Shown: one piece after another, positions 26,940 to 41,826 of the stretch
How the letters are laid out: the number at the start of each line of letters is the position of its first letter
Position numbering within the stretch: position 1 is the stretch's first letter
Source of the DNA: Anaerolineales bacterium
GTDB lineage: Bacteria; Chloroflexota; Anaerolineae; Anaerolineales; UBA6663
NCBI GenBank assembly: GCA_044224715.1
Contig: JBGAJV010000031.1
Location: 44-64,043 of the forward strand
Direction: 5' to 3'
Length of the DNA: 64,000 nt
The notes under the pieces: generated by a model
Databases searched by the model: none
Told to the model about the DNA's origin: nothing
The model's input: the letters and a program-made list of their open reading frames with translations, nothing else
Position numbers and translations under genes: made by a program

Positions 26940-28886
26940 TCAGACGGGCAGGGCGTAGAGATGATGGTCGAACGAGCCGACATAGACGACGTTGTTGACC
27001 ACCACCGGTGATGACGTGATCGGGCCGCCCGTCTGGAACTTCCAGCGCACACGACCCGTTGCGGATTCTAGCGCATGCACGGCGCCGTCGGTCGAGCCGA
27101 CGTAGACGGTGTCACCGGCGAGCGCCGGCGAGGAATTCACCTGGCCCTCGGTCTCGAAGTGCCAGGTCTCGCGCCCGTTGCGCAGATCGACGGCGTACAG
27201 GCTGTTGTCGGACGAGCCGATGATCAGCTGCGTACCGTCCAGCGTCGGCGAGGATATCACAGGTTTTTGCGTGCGGAAGCGCCAGATCGGATAGGCCGAC
27301 GAGGCGTCGAGCGCGTAAACCATCCCGTCTTGACAGCCGACGTAGATGACGTTGTTGTGCCAGACCGGCGACGACGTCAAGCCGCGTTTGGCCTTGAAGC
27401 GCCAGCGCTGTTCGCCGCGCATGTCCACGCCGTACATGTCTCCCGTCTCGCAGCCGAAGTAGATCCGGTCGCCGCCGAGGCACGGGCGCGAGCGGATCGG
27501 CCCAGCTGATTGGAAGCGCCAGGCCTTGCGCCCATTGGCGAGGTTCACGGCGTGCAGGGCGTTGTCGTCCGCGCCAAAGAAGACATGGCCGTCGGCGATG
27601 CGGGGCGTCGAACGGATCGGCCCGTCGGCGTAGTAGGACCACTGAATGCGGCCCGTGCGCGCCGAGACCACGTGCAGGCGCCGATCCTCCGAGCCGATCA
27701 CCACGAAATCCTGGTGCGCGGCTGGCGAGCCAGGCAGCCCGCCGTCGGTCGCGTATTTCCACATCAGTTTGCCATCGGCGAGGCTGATGGCATACAGGTT
27801 GTTGTCGTAGGCGCCGACAAAGGCCGTGTTGTTGTGGATCAGGGGCGTGCCGCGGACCTCGTCCTCGCACTTGAACGCCCAGATCGGTTGCACCTCGCCG
27901 CGGGCCGCCGGCTTGGCGCCGCCGGCCACCGGAACCTGCACGGTCGCGAGCGTGCCTGTCGAGCCCTTGGCCAGTTGACCCGATTGACGTCGGCGCAACC
28001 CGATCAGCGCGTCCTTCATGGCCTGGGCCGATTGGAAGCGGTCGCCGGGGTTGTAATTCAGCGACGTCTCGACGATCACCTGCAACTCGAGGCTGCAGGT
28101 CGGGTTGACCTTGCGGATCGGACGCTCGGCAAACGAAAACGGTGGTTCGAGCCGCGGGTCCTGCTTCGTGAGCAGGTGGTGCAGGGTGGCGCCGAGCGCA
28201 TAGATGTCGCCGGCCGGGCTGGCCTCGCCGCGATACTGCTCGGGCGGCGAATAGCCTTCCGTGCCGATCATTGTGCCGCGCTGGCCGGCCGAGTAACCGC
28301 GTGCGATGCCAAAGTCGATCAAGCGCACCCGGCTCTGCGAGTCGAGCATGATGTTCGACGGCTTCAGATCGCGAAAGACGAGCGGTTCGACCTTGCCCTC
28401 GCCGTCCTTGTGGTTGTGCAGATACGACAGCACATCGCACAGCTGGATCGCCCACTCGATGATGCTGGCCTCGGGGAGCACGCCGGCGACGTCGTTGAGG
28501 TACGCCTCGAGGTCGCGGCCGTCGATGAACTCCATCACCAGGAACGAGCGATCGCGGTGGGTGAAGAAGTCGAAGATCTTGGGGATCGCGGGATGGTCCA
28601 ACGACGCGAGCGTATTGGCCTCGCGCTCGAAGATCTTGGTGACCATGTCGCGCATGCCCGGGTCGGCGATGTTGACGATCTCCTTGACGGCCACGTACTT
28701 GGCCGTGTTCGGAAACCGCATGTCGCGCGCCTGGTAGACCGAGCCCATGCCGCCCACGCCCAGGATCTTCAGAATCGAATAGCGATCTTGAAGGAGCGCG
28801 CCAGGCTGCAGGCTGGTCGTCCCACCTGGAATACTGCCCGGCAATCGTTCGGTGATGGATCGGGTCATCTTGTTCGTCTCATGCAC
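26940..28886 (-). CDS. Hanks-type Ser/Thr kinase with PQQ-like beta-propeller (AfsK-like, no TM); start at GTG 28886 or ATG 28868
   Basis: GVGGMG, VAVKE, FRDLKPSN, DFG, GTEGYSPPE; about 8 W.F....SSP repeats; minus-strand TATAAT at 28923-28928. Confidence 0.93.
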   Translation of the reverse strand: MHETNKMTRSITERLPGSIPGGTTSLQPGALLQDRYSILKILGVGGMGSVYQARDMRFPNTAKYVAVKEIVNIADPGMRDMVTKIFEREANTLASLDHPAIPKIFDFFTHRDRSFLVMEFIDGRDLEAYLNDVAGVLPEASIIEWAIQLCDVLSYLHNHKDGEGKVEPLVFRDLKPSNIMLDSQSRVRLIDFGIARGYSAGQRGTMIGTEGYSPPEQYRGEASPAGDIYALGATLHHLLTKQDPRLEPPFSFAERPIRKVNPTCSLELQVIVETSLNYNPGDRFQSAQAMKDALIGLRRRQSGQLAKGSTGTLATVQVPVAGGAKPAARGEVQPIWAFKCEDEVRGTPLIHNNTAFVGAYDNNLYAISLADGKLMWKYATDGGLPGSPAAHQDFVVIGSEDRRLHVVSARTGRIQWSYYADGPIRSTPRIADGHVFFGADDNALHAVNLANGRKAWRFQSAGPIRSRPCLGGDRIYFGCETGDMYGVDMRGEQRWRFKAKRGLTSSPVWHNNVIYVGCQDGMVYALDASSAYPIWRFRTQKPVISSPTLDGTQLIIGSSDNSLYAVDLRNGRETWHFETEGQVNSSPALAGDTVYVGSTDGAVHALESATGRVRWKFQTGGPITSSPVVVNNVVYVGSFDHHLYALPV

Positions 28887-29030
28887 AGCTGGGTGCTCCC
28901 ATGTCGGCCCGGTCGTGCCTAGATTATAGTCAACCCAAACCCTGGCGCAACGCGTGCAGGGCGCAATAATCCGTAAAAATGCACGATTCGTACCCGAAGC
29001 GCGTGCCAGAGGAGGAGGACCACCCCCTGA

Positions 29031-29232
29031 CCCCCTCCAGGAAACGCGCCTGACTGGCTTTTGGTCCGGTTGCCGGGGCGCGTTTCCTGGAGGGGGAGGT
29101 GCCGGTCCAGAGAACGTGCCGCCGATGGCCGTTTGAACTGATCTGGCGCGTGTTGTGGCGCGGGCCGATCCGCACCACCAGAACGCACACTCCTGGCTTT
29201 CTGCCGGTTGCCGGGGCGCGTTTCCTGGAGGG
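29031..29232. repeat. REP-like palindrome with partial direct duplication
   Basis: 20-bp perfect inverted repeat 29031-29050 / 29077-29096; about 40 bp (29054-29094) repeated at 29193-29232. Confidence 0.8.
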
Positions 29233-29330
29233 CGAAAACCTCTCCAAGGATCGGTGCCGCCAGCGACTCGGTTGGCGGACATCCGGCGGTGGCCGGGTGG
29301 CGACTGGGTTGCCCCGCGCCTCAAGCCCCC

Positions 29331-29368
29331 GCGCTCCTGCGCTCTTGCGCTCCCGCGCTCTTGCTCCT
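29331..29368. repeat. 8-bp tandem repeat GCGCTCYY x4
   Basis: gcgctcct gcgctctt gcgctccc gcgctctt gctcct, directly before a TGTTATACT extended -10. Confidence 0.75.
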
Positions 29369-29439
29369 ACCGCTCTGTTATACTGCTACATAACATCCCC
29401 CCCGGGTTTGTCCCGGATGGTCAAGGTTGGCCCGACACC

Positions 29440-30717
29440 GTGTATCAACCCCTTGGGCGCGCCGTCGAGCGCCGCAACTTCCGCCTGGGAGTCCTCAACG
29501 GGCTCTTCGTCCTGATTGCGGATACGCTCATTGACCCCACGTTGGTGCTCGTCACATTCGTCAGCCAGTTGACCTCCAACGCCATCCTGATTGGTCTCGT
29601 CGCCCCCCTGCGTGACGCCGCCTGGTTCCTGCCGCAACTCTGGATGACCGGGTGGCTGCAACGGCGACCACGGCGGTTGGACGTGTATGCCTGGTCGGTC
29701 TGGGGACGCGTGGCCGCGCTGGGAACGTTCGTGGCGCTCGTCGCGACGGTGCGCGATCCCAGCTGGCTGCTGCCGGCGTTCTTCATCCTGTTCACGCTGT
29801 ACGCCATGATCAGCGGCGTCAGCGGTCTGCCCTTCCTGGAAGTCGTCGGCAAGACCGTGCCACCCAACCGGCGCGCCACGTTCTTTGCCTGGCGCCTGTT
29901 CACCGGCGGCATATTCAGCCTCGGCGCCGCCGCGGCCGTTCGCTGGATCCTGGCGCAGGACTTTCTGGTCTTTCCACAACAATTCGCGGTGCTTTTCGGG
30001 GCCGCCCTGATCACATACACGATCGGGTGGGTGTTCTTCATTGGCATCCGCGAGCCGGAGTCCCCGACACGGGCCGAACGCGTACGAACCCGCGAACAGG
30101 TCCGACGCGCCTGGGACGTCGTGCGCGGCGATCTCGGCTACCGTCATTTCCTCACGATGCGCCTGTGCCTGACTGTGGCCGGCGCGGCTGTGCCGTTCTT
30201 TGCCGTGCACGCCCAGCGTTCGTTGGGCGGCACACCGCAAATGATCGGGCTCTATCTGGGCGTCTTCACCGGCGTCGGCCTGACCGCCAACGCGGTGTTG
30301 GGCCGCCTCGCCCCGCGACTCGGCAATCAACGGATCATGCTGGCCGCTGCCTGGTGCGGCCTCGCGATGGCCGCCCTGGTCGCCGCGCTGTTGATCTACG
30401 ACGTCAGCGTCGGCGGCGTCGGCCCCGGCGTCGCGGACCTGTGGCTGGTGCCGGTTTTCGTCCTCAACGCGCTTCGCGAAGCCTGCATGGGTGTCGCGGG
30501 CACGCCGCTGCTGTTCGACGTCGCTCACAACAAGGATCAGACGCTTTATCTTGGATTTACGAACTCGGTCCAGGGTGTCGCGCTGCTGGCCACCGGGTTG
30601 GGCGGAGTCGTCGTCCAGGTGTTTGGTTTCTCCGCGCTCCTGGGGGTGACCGCGATCGCCTACAGCCTCGCCATCTGGGCCGCGGGCAACCTGGCCAAGA
30701 CGCTGCGGACGAGCTGA
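29440..30717 (+). CDS. MFS transporter (start uncertain)
   Basis: About 12 TM segments with RRNF..LPQL..GKTVP..RR pattern; GTG at 29440 chosen because it lies downstream of TATACT 29379-29384. Confidence 0.85.
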   Translation: MYQPLGRAVERRNFRLGVLNGLFVLIADTLIDPTLVLVTFVSQLTSNAILIGLVAPLRDAAWFLPQLWMTGWLQRRPRRLDVYAWSVWGRVAALGTFVALVATVRDPSWLLPAFFILFTLYAMISGVSGLPFLEVVGKTVPPNRRATFFAWRLFTGGIFSLGAAAAVRWILAQDFLVFPQQFAVLFGAALITYTIGWVFFIGIREPESPTRAERVRTREQVRRAWDVVRGDLGYRHFLTMRLCLTVAGAAVPFFAVHAQRSLGGTPQMIGLYLGVFTGVGLTANAVLGRLAPRLGNQRIMLAAAWCGLAMAALVAALLIYDVSVGGVGPGVADLWLVPVFVLNALREACMGVAGTPLLFDVAHNKDQTLYLGFTNSVQGVALLATGLGGVVVQVFGFSALLGVTAIAYSLAIWAAGNLAKTLRTS

Positions 30718-30828
30718 ACCTCGCGGCCGGTCGCGATAAAAGCCGTGTGAAGTTTCAGCGTTCAAATCGAATTTAACGCAACAGCCAGTGCCTGACACGT
30801 TGCCGCTGTGCTACGCTCGCCGGCGGAG

Positions 30829-33921
<3,093 letters not shown>

Positions 33922-33935
33922 ACCAGGAGCACACG

Positions 33936-34310
33936 ATGAGCGAACTCGCGCAGACCCCCATCCTCGATGCCGAGACCCTGGCGACACTCCGCCAGGCCCA
34001 GATCCCCGGCGAGCCGGACTTCGTCGGCGAGTTGGTGGAGGCGTTACAGATCGAGGCGCCGGAATTGTTGGGGCAGATGGAGGTCGCGCTGGCTTCGGCC
34101 GACGCAAAACGTCTGCGCCACGCCGCGCATAGTCTGAAGAGCGCGGCCGGCAATCTCGGCGCGCGCCGCCTGCGCGACGTGTGCGAGGCGCTCGAACTGA
34201 TGGGCTCGAGCGGCGACGTGACGGGGGCAGACCCGCTTGTCGCGCGCGCCAAGCACGAGTATGATCAGGCGCTTGTCGCTCTGAATCAGGCGGTGCTGGC
34301 CGGCGGGTGA
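33936..34310 (+). CDS. Hpt phosphotransfer protein
   Basis: AGGAG RBS; AAHSLKSAAGNLGA. Confidence 0.92.
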   Translation: MSELAQTPILDAETLATLRQAQIPGEPDFVGELVEALQIEAPELLGQMEVALASADAKRLRHAAHSLKSAAGNLGARRLRDVCEALELMGSSGDVTGADPLVARAKHEYDQALVALNQAVLAGG

Positions 34311-34394
34311 CGCATCACGATCCCCGGCGGGCACCGACATCTCGAAGCGCGAGCGCAATCGGTCACGCGCCGAACGCTCGCTTTTTTTATCATT

Positions 34395-35060
34395 ATGACC
34401 CTTGCCCTGGTGTTCGGCGGTCTCTTGTTGGGTTTTATGGCCGCCATCCCGGTGGGGCCGGTCGGGTTGCTGGTCGTCCAGCGGACGCTGCGCGAGAACC
34501 GCGTATCGGGCTACGCCGCAGGATTGGGCGCCGCGTCGGCCGACATGGCCTACAGTTTTGTGGCGCTGTTGGGTCTGCGCCTGGTCCAGGGTCTCCTCGA
34601 TCAGCAGGAGGGTTGGTTTGGCCTCCTGGGCGGGCTGCTCCTGATCGTCTACGGCGCCCGCACGTTTCGCGAGCGGCCCCGTCTCGGCGAGGTCAAGGTG
34701 CGCTTCACCGGGCTCCTCGGCGCCTTTCTGTCGACCTTCCTGCTCACCGTCGCCAATCCCTTGAATGTGGCGCTATTTGCCGGTCTTTTCACCTCGTCCG
34801 GCTTGATGGGGCTTGCCACGACACGGGGGGCGGCGATCGTTCTGGCGTTGGCGGTCGGCGCCGGCGCGTTCACCTGGTGGCTGATCCTGACCAGCGTCGT
34901 GAGCTATTTTCGCGTGCGTTTCAGCGAACGTCTGCTGAGGACGGCCAACCAGGTTTCGGGCGTCCTGATCTGCCTCGCCGGTTTGTATCTGATGGGCACG
35001 GCCGTCGGCTGGCTGCCGACCTGGCATTTCAAGCCCCAAATGGCCTGGTTAACGTCCTGA
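34395..35060 (+). CDS. LysE-family translocator
   Basis: AAIPVGPVGLL..GLGAASAD..LTVANP. Confidence 0.88.
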   Translation: MTLALVFGGLLLGFMAAIPVGPVGLLVVQRTLRENRVSGYAAGLGAASADMAYSFVALLGLRLVQGLLDQQEGWFGLLGGLLLIVYGARTFRERPRLGEVKVRFTGLLGAFLSTFLLTVANPLNVALFAGLFTSSGLMGLATTRGAAIVLALAVGAGAFTWWLILTSVVSYFRVRFSERLLRTANQVSGVLICLAGLYLMGTAVGWLPTWHFKPQMAWLTS

Positions 35061-35112
35061 TAGGTCTTTTGGCGGGTATGTTATTGTCGCGCGCGTGATG
35101 TAGAATCACGCC

Positions 35113-37095
35113 ATGGCTGGTTCGTCGGCCCTCAAACGGCCGGGTTCGCTCCCGATCCCCTCTGAAAGCGGCGGTTCCTCGGCCCGAAAGGGCAAGGACA
35201 GCGCTTTTCGGTTTGGCCTGCAGGCCAAGCTGATTCTGCCGTATCTGATCCTCAGTCTCGTGCTCGCCCTGGTGGTCGTGTTCGTCGTCGCCCGTTGGGT
35301 TTCGGGATCGGCACGTCAGGGCTTCAACGGCCAGTTGCAGGCGGTGCAAGACAGCGCCGCCGACAGTCTCGCGCGTATCGAGGCCAGTCAACTCGATAGC
35401 CTGCGCCTGCTGGTCTTCACGCAAGGGCTGCCCGAGGCCATGGCTTCGGGGGATGCCGATGCCGTGGTCGACTTGGTCACGCCGCTCGCGCTCAACGCGG
35501 GTCTGCCGATCGTGACAGTGGTGGACAGAACCGGTCATGAGGTGGCGACGCTCACGCTTCAGCCCGACAAGACCAGTTACGTCCGCACGAGCGGCGGCGA
35601 TCTCAGCCAGGTCGCGATCGTCCAGCGTGTGCTGCAGGGCCAGCAGGATTCGACGGGCGACAAGTTCGCCGACGTTCTGTCGATCCAGGGTCGCCGCTTG
35701 TTGTTCACCAGCGCGCCGATGCTGACGGCGGACGGCACTCGGGTGGGGGTGTTGCTCTCGGGTCAAGACTTCGACCAGGTGCTGCTGGAGGTCGCGCGGG
35801 TCGCTCGCGCCGACGCGCTTGTGGCGTCGAGCTATGCTGGCGAGCCGATCGGCATGGTGCTGCCGACCGGTGTGAGCGAGCTGCCGAGCGCGCCCTCGGC
35901 CGGCGCCATCGCGTCGGCCATCCAGGCCGATCCGGCGCGGTCGGTTTTGAGCGAGGTGGATCTGGCCGGCACGCCGTACGTTTTTTCGTCCGCCCCGTTG
36001 CGACTACGCGGCGAAGCCATCGGCGTCCTGAGCGTCGGTCTCTCCGCGGCCGATCTGCGCCGACAGGAATTTGAGCTCCAGCTGGTCCTGGCCGGCGTGT
36101 TTGGCCTGGGCACGCTGGCGGTGCTGGCCGTCGGGTTCGTGATGGCGCGCAGCATCGTCGGCCGCGTCGCACGCTTGCGCGATATGGCCGGCGCCGTGGC
36201 CGAGGGTGATCTGAACCAGCGGCTGGCGCTCCCGGAAAACGACGAGATCGCCGAGCTCGCGCAGGCGTTCTCGGAGATGACCGAACGGCTCGCCGAGCGC
36301 ACGAGCGAAGCCGATCGGCTGCACACCGAGACTGCCGAGCGCGCCCGCCAGCTTGAAGACACCAATCAGCGTCTGCGCCAGGCGCAACAGCAACTGGTGC
36401 AATCCGAGAAGCTCGCCTCGATCGGCCAGTTGACGGCCGGCATCGTGCACGACGTCAAGAACCCGCTCGCCGTCATCAAGGGCATCGCCGAGCTGATCCA
36501 GATCGAAGACCCGGCGTTGAGCGCTTTCTCTCGCGAGCAGGTCGGCCTCATCCGCGATAACGCCTCGCATGCCAACGCGATCGTCAGCGATCTGTTGACC
36601 TTTGCGCGGCAGTCGACGCCGAAGTGGCAGCGCCAGGATCTGCGCGACACGGTGCAGGCCGCGTTGCGTCTGACCGAATACCTGTTGCGGCAAGCCGGCG
36701 TGCAGCCCGAAGCGGATCTGCCGGCCGAACCCGTGATGACCGTGTACGACAACCGCCAGATCGAGCAGGTGTTGATCAACCTGATCCAGAACGCGGTGCA
36801 GGCGATGCCGTCGGGCGGCGTCCTGCGGATCGGGCTGACGGTCGCCGACGAGCGAGCGTTGTTGACCGTCGCCGACACGGGCGTCGGGATCAGCCCCGAA
36901 TCGATCGGGCGTGTGTTCGACCCGTTCTATACGACGAAATCCGAAGGAGACGGCACCGGGCTGGGTCTTTCGGTGACTTATGGGATCATCAGCCAGCACG
37001 GCGGCGAGATCTGGGCGTCGAGCGAGCGCGACCGCGGCACGACGTTCTCCATTCGCCTGCCCATCCGTCAGACGGCACCGGAGCAACCGGCATGA
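35113..37095 (+). CDS. Membrane sensor histidine kinase (HAMP, NtrB-type)
   Basis: Two TM helices, HAMP DEIAELA, QSEKLASIGQLTAGIVHDVKNPL, NLIQNA, FDPFYTTK, GTGLGL. Confidence 0.93.
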   Translation: MAGSSALKRPGSLPIPSESGGSSARKGKDSAFRFGLQAKLILPYLILSLVLALVVVFVVARWVSGSARQGFNGQLQAVQDSAADSLARIEASQLDSLRLLVFTQGLPEAMASGDADAVVDLVTPLALNAGLPIVTVVDRTGHEVATLTLQPDKTSYVRTSGGDLSQVAIVQRVLQGQQDSTGDKFADVLSIQGRRLLFTSAPMLTADGTRVGVLLSGQDFDQVLLEVARVARADALVASSYAGEPIGMVLPTGVSELPSAPSAGAIASAIQADPARSVLSEVDLAGTPYVFSSAPLRLRGEAIGVLSVGLSAADLRRQEFELQLVLAGVFGLGTLAVLAVGFVMARSIVGRVARLRDMAGAVAEGDLNQRLALPENDEIAELAQAFSEMTERLAERTSEADRLHTETAERARQLEDTNQRLRQAQQQLVQSEKLASIGQLTAGIVHDVKNPLAVIKGIAELIQIEDPALSAFSREQVGLIRDNASHANAIVSDLLTFARQSTPKWQRQDLRDTVQAALRLTEYLLRQAGVQPEADLPAEPVMTVYDNRQIEQVLINLIQNAVQAMPSGGVLRIGLTVADERALLTVADTGVGISPESIGRVFDPFYTTKSEGDGTGLGLSVTYGIISQHGGEIWASSERDRGTTFSIRLPIRQTAPEQPA

Positions 37096-37850
37096 GTGAC
37101 CTGCGTATCCTCGTGGTAGACGACAACGACTCATTTCGCGGGCTGATGGCCACGCACCTGAGCCGATCGGGCTATCGCGTTGACATGGCCGTCGACGGGC
37201 TCGAAGCCCTGGAGTTGATCCGACGCACGCCGGGCGCCTATGGCGTCATGGTGACCGATTTGATGATGCCCCGGCTGAACGGGCTCGAGCTCGTGCGCGA
37301 GGCGCGCCGTCTCGATCCGCAGTTGCAGGTCGTGGTCATCACGGCGGCCACGACGCTCGAGATGGCGATCGCGGCGTTGCGGGCGGAGGGCGCCTACGAC
37401 TACCTGCTGAAGCCGCTCGAGGCGATCGGCGAATTGACCGTGGCCGTCGAGCGGGCTGCGGCGCATCGCGAACTTCAGGTCGAGCAGATCCATCTGCGTG
37501 ATCAACTCGCGCAGCAGGCCGCGCAATTTCAGACCGTGGTGTACTACAGCAGCGACGCAATCCTGGCGGCCGACAGCCGTGACGTGTTGACCGTGTGCAA
37601 CCCGGCGGCGGCGCGAATGCTTGGGCAGGAGACGCCGATCGGGCGCATGGCCAACGCGGTGCTGCCGTCGTTGTTGGGCACGCTGCTCTCGAGCTGGCGG
37701 GCGCGGCCCGATCCCGTCGCGCAGACGTTCGAAGTGCGCTGGCCGACGCCCGATCAGCTGCAATCGGTGGCGCTGGCGCCGTTACCCGCCAACAGTTCAC
37801 GGCCGGGTTGGGTGATGGTCTTACGTGATGTAAGCCATCTGGACGGATAG
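37092..37850 (+). CDS. Receiver-PAS protein without output domain
   Basis: ATGA overlap with the HK; ILVVDD, TDLMMP, GAYDYLLKP; PAS NPAA..VLRDVS, then stop. Confidence 0.85.
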   Translation: MSDLRILVVDDNDSFRGLMATHLSRSGYRVDMAVDGLEALELIRRTPGAYGVMVTDLMMPRLNGLELVREARRLDPQLQVVVITAATTLEMAIAALRAEGAYDYLLKPLEAIGELTVAVERAAAHRELQVEQIHLRDQLAQQAAQFQTVVYYSSDAILAADSRDVLTVCNPAAARMLGQETPIGRMANAVLPSLLGTLLSSWRARPDPVAQTFEVRWPTPDQLQSVALAPLPANSSRPGWVMVLRDVSHLDG

Positions 37851-37854
37851 CACG

Positions 37855-38745
37855 ATGCGTGGGTGGGGGCGTTTTGCACTGATCGCGACCGGTTTGACGG
37901 TCATTACGCTGACGAGCCTGTGGGGCGCGGCGCAGGCCGCGCTTTGGAGCGTCGATCAAGGCGGAGCCTTCCCCGTGCTGCAGAACCTTGGCGCCAACTA
38001 CGGCGCCTGGCAATTCATGCCTGTCCCGGCCATCAGCACCGACATCGTCACTGACATCGCCGCCGAGGTCGCCGAGGAGAAAACGCTGACTCCCCAGGCC
38101 GCATCGCCGACGGTCAAGCCACCGCTGGTCTTTGGCCCGACGGTGACTGAACGCCCGCTCGCGAGCCGGACCCCGACGCCGCCGCCCGCGACTTCGGCCC
38201 CCGCGCAGCCCACCGCGACGCCGCAACCCACGGCCACGTCACTGCCGCCAGTCGCCACCGAGACGCGCCAGCCGACAGCGCCGCCGCCACCAACGGCAAC
38301 CCGCACACGCGGCGTGACGCGCACGGCGACGCGCACGCCCATCCCGCCCACGGCGACGGCGACTCCCTCGCCGACGGCGCCGCAACCCACCGAACCGCCA
38401 CAGCCGACGGCCACGCGCTCGGCATCCCGCACACCGGGCGGCCCGTCGCCCACGCCGGCCGAGCCGCCGCGCCGGACCAGCACGCCCTTGCCGCTCTACA
38501 CCGACACGCCGACGGCGCCACCGCCCGGCACGCCCACCGCGCCACCGCCGCCGACCGAGACGTGGCCGCCGACGCCGACCGACCCGCCCACGCCGACGGA
38601 TCTTCCGACCGACACGCCTGAGCCGACCGCAACTCCCACGGTCACCCTGGCGCCGACGGTGACGTCAACGAACACGGCGGTCCCGGTGGACCCGACACCG
38701 ACCAACACCGTCTTGCCGACGTCAACGGCGACCCCGCCTCCCTGA
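37855..38745 (+). CDS. Signal-anchored Pro/Thr-rich low-complexity protein
   Basis: N-terminal hydrophobic segment followed by about 200 aa of PT repeats. Confidence 0.75.
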   Translation: MRGWGRFALIATGLTVITLTSLWGAAQAALWSVDQGGAFPVLQNLGANYGAWQFMPVPAISTDIVTDIAAEVAEEKTLTPQAASPTVKPPLVFGPTVTERPLASRTPTPPPATSAPAQPTATPQPTATSLPPVATETRQPTAPPPPTATRTRGVTRTATRTPIPPTATATPSPTAPQPTEPPQPTATRSASRTPGGPSPTPAEPPRRTSTPLPLYTDTPTAPPPGTPTAPPPPTETWPPTPTDPPTPTDLPTDTPEPTATPTVTLAPTVTSTNTAVPVDPTPTNTVLPTSTATPPP

Positions 38746-38793
38746 CGCGGGTCTTGCGCCGGAAGCCGTTTCCACCGATCTTGATGACAGCAA

Positions 38794-38823
38794 AAAGGCC
38801 CGGACGATTTCGTCCGGGCCTTT
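38794..38823. terminator. Bidirectional terminator
   Basis: AAAGGCCCGGACGA-tt-TCGTCCGGGCCTTT between convergent genes. Confidence 0.8.
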
Positions 38824-38871
38824 CCCATCGTGCGCGATGGCGCGGCAGACATGCCCGCTCGATCGGAGAGG

Positions 38872-41610
<2,739 letters not shown>

Positions 41611-41826
41611 CGCTCGAAGGTGCTCCAGATGTGTGAAAGTCGCGCCGAACCGGCTGCCCCAAAAGAATACCGTGTCGTTGGGGCCCATACCGGCACCGGG
41701 CTGTCAGGAACCTGTCGCTTGACCGACAGAGGCTGACGGCGCGGTGACGGTGCCGGTGCGATCGGGCGACCGCGATCGGTTCCGAAGGCGTACGCTCCAC
41801 GCTATACTCCCCCGGGGGCCTTGTTG

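Noticed and set aside
29054-29232. Two ~40-bp direct repeats as a mini-CRISPR or att sites
   Set aside because: Only two copies with a ~98-bp gap, one being the arm of a palindrome; no cas or integrase gene.
28887-29439. N-terminal extensions of the kinase (to 29324) and the MFS (from 29155)
   Set aside because: They run through repeat DNA and across the -10 elements, and the two extensions would overlap each other.
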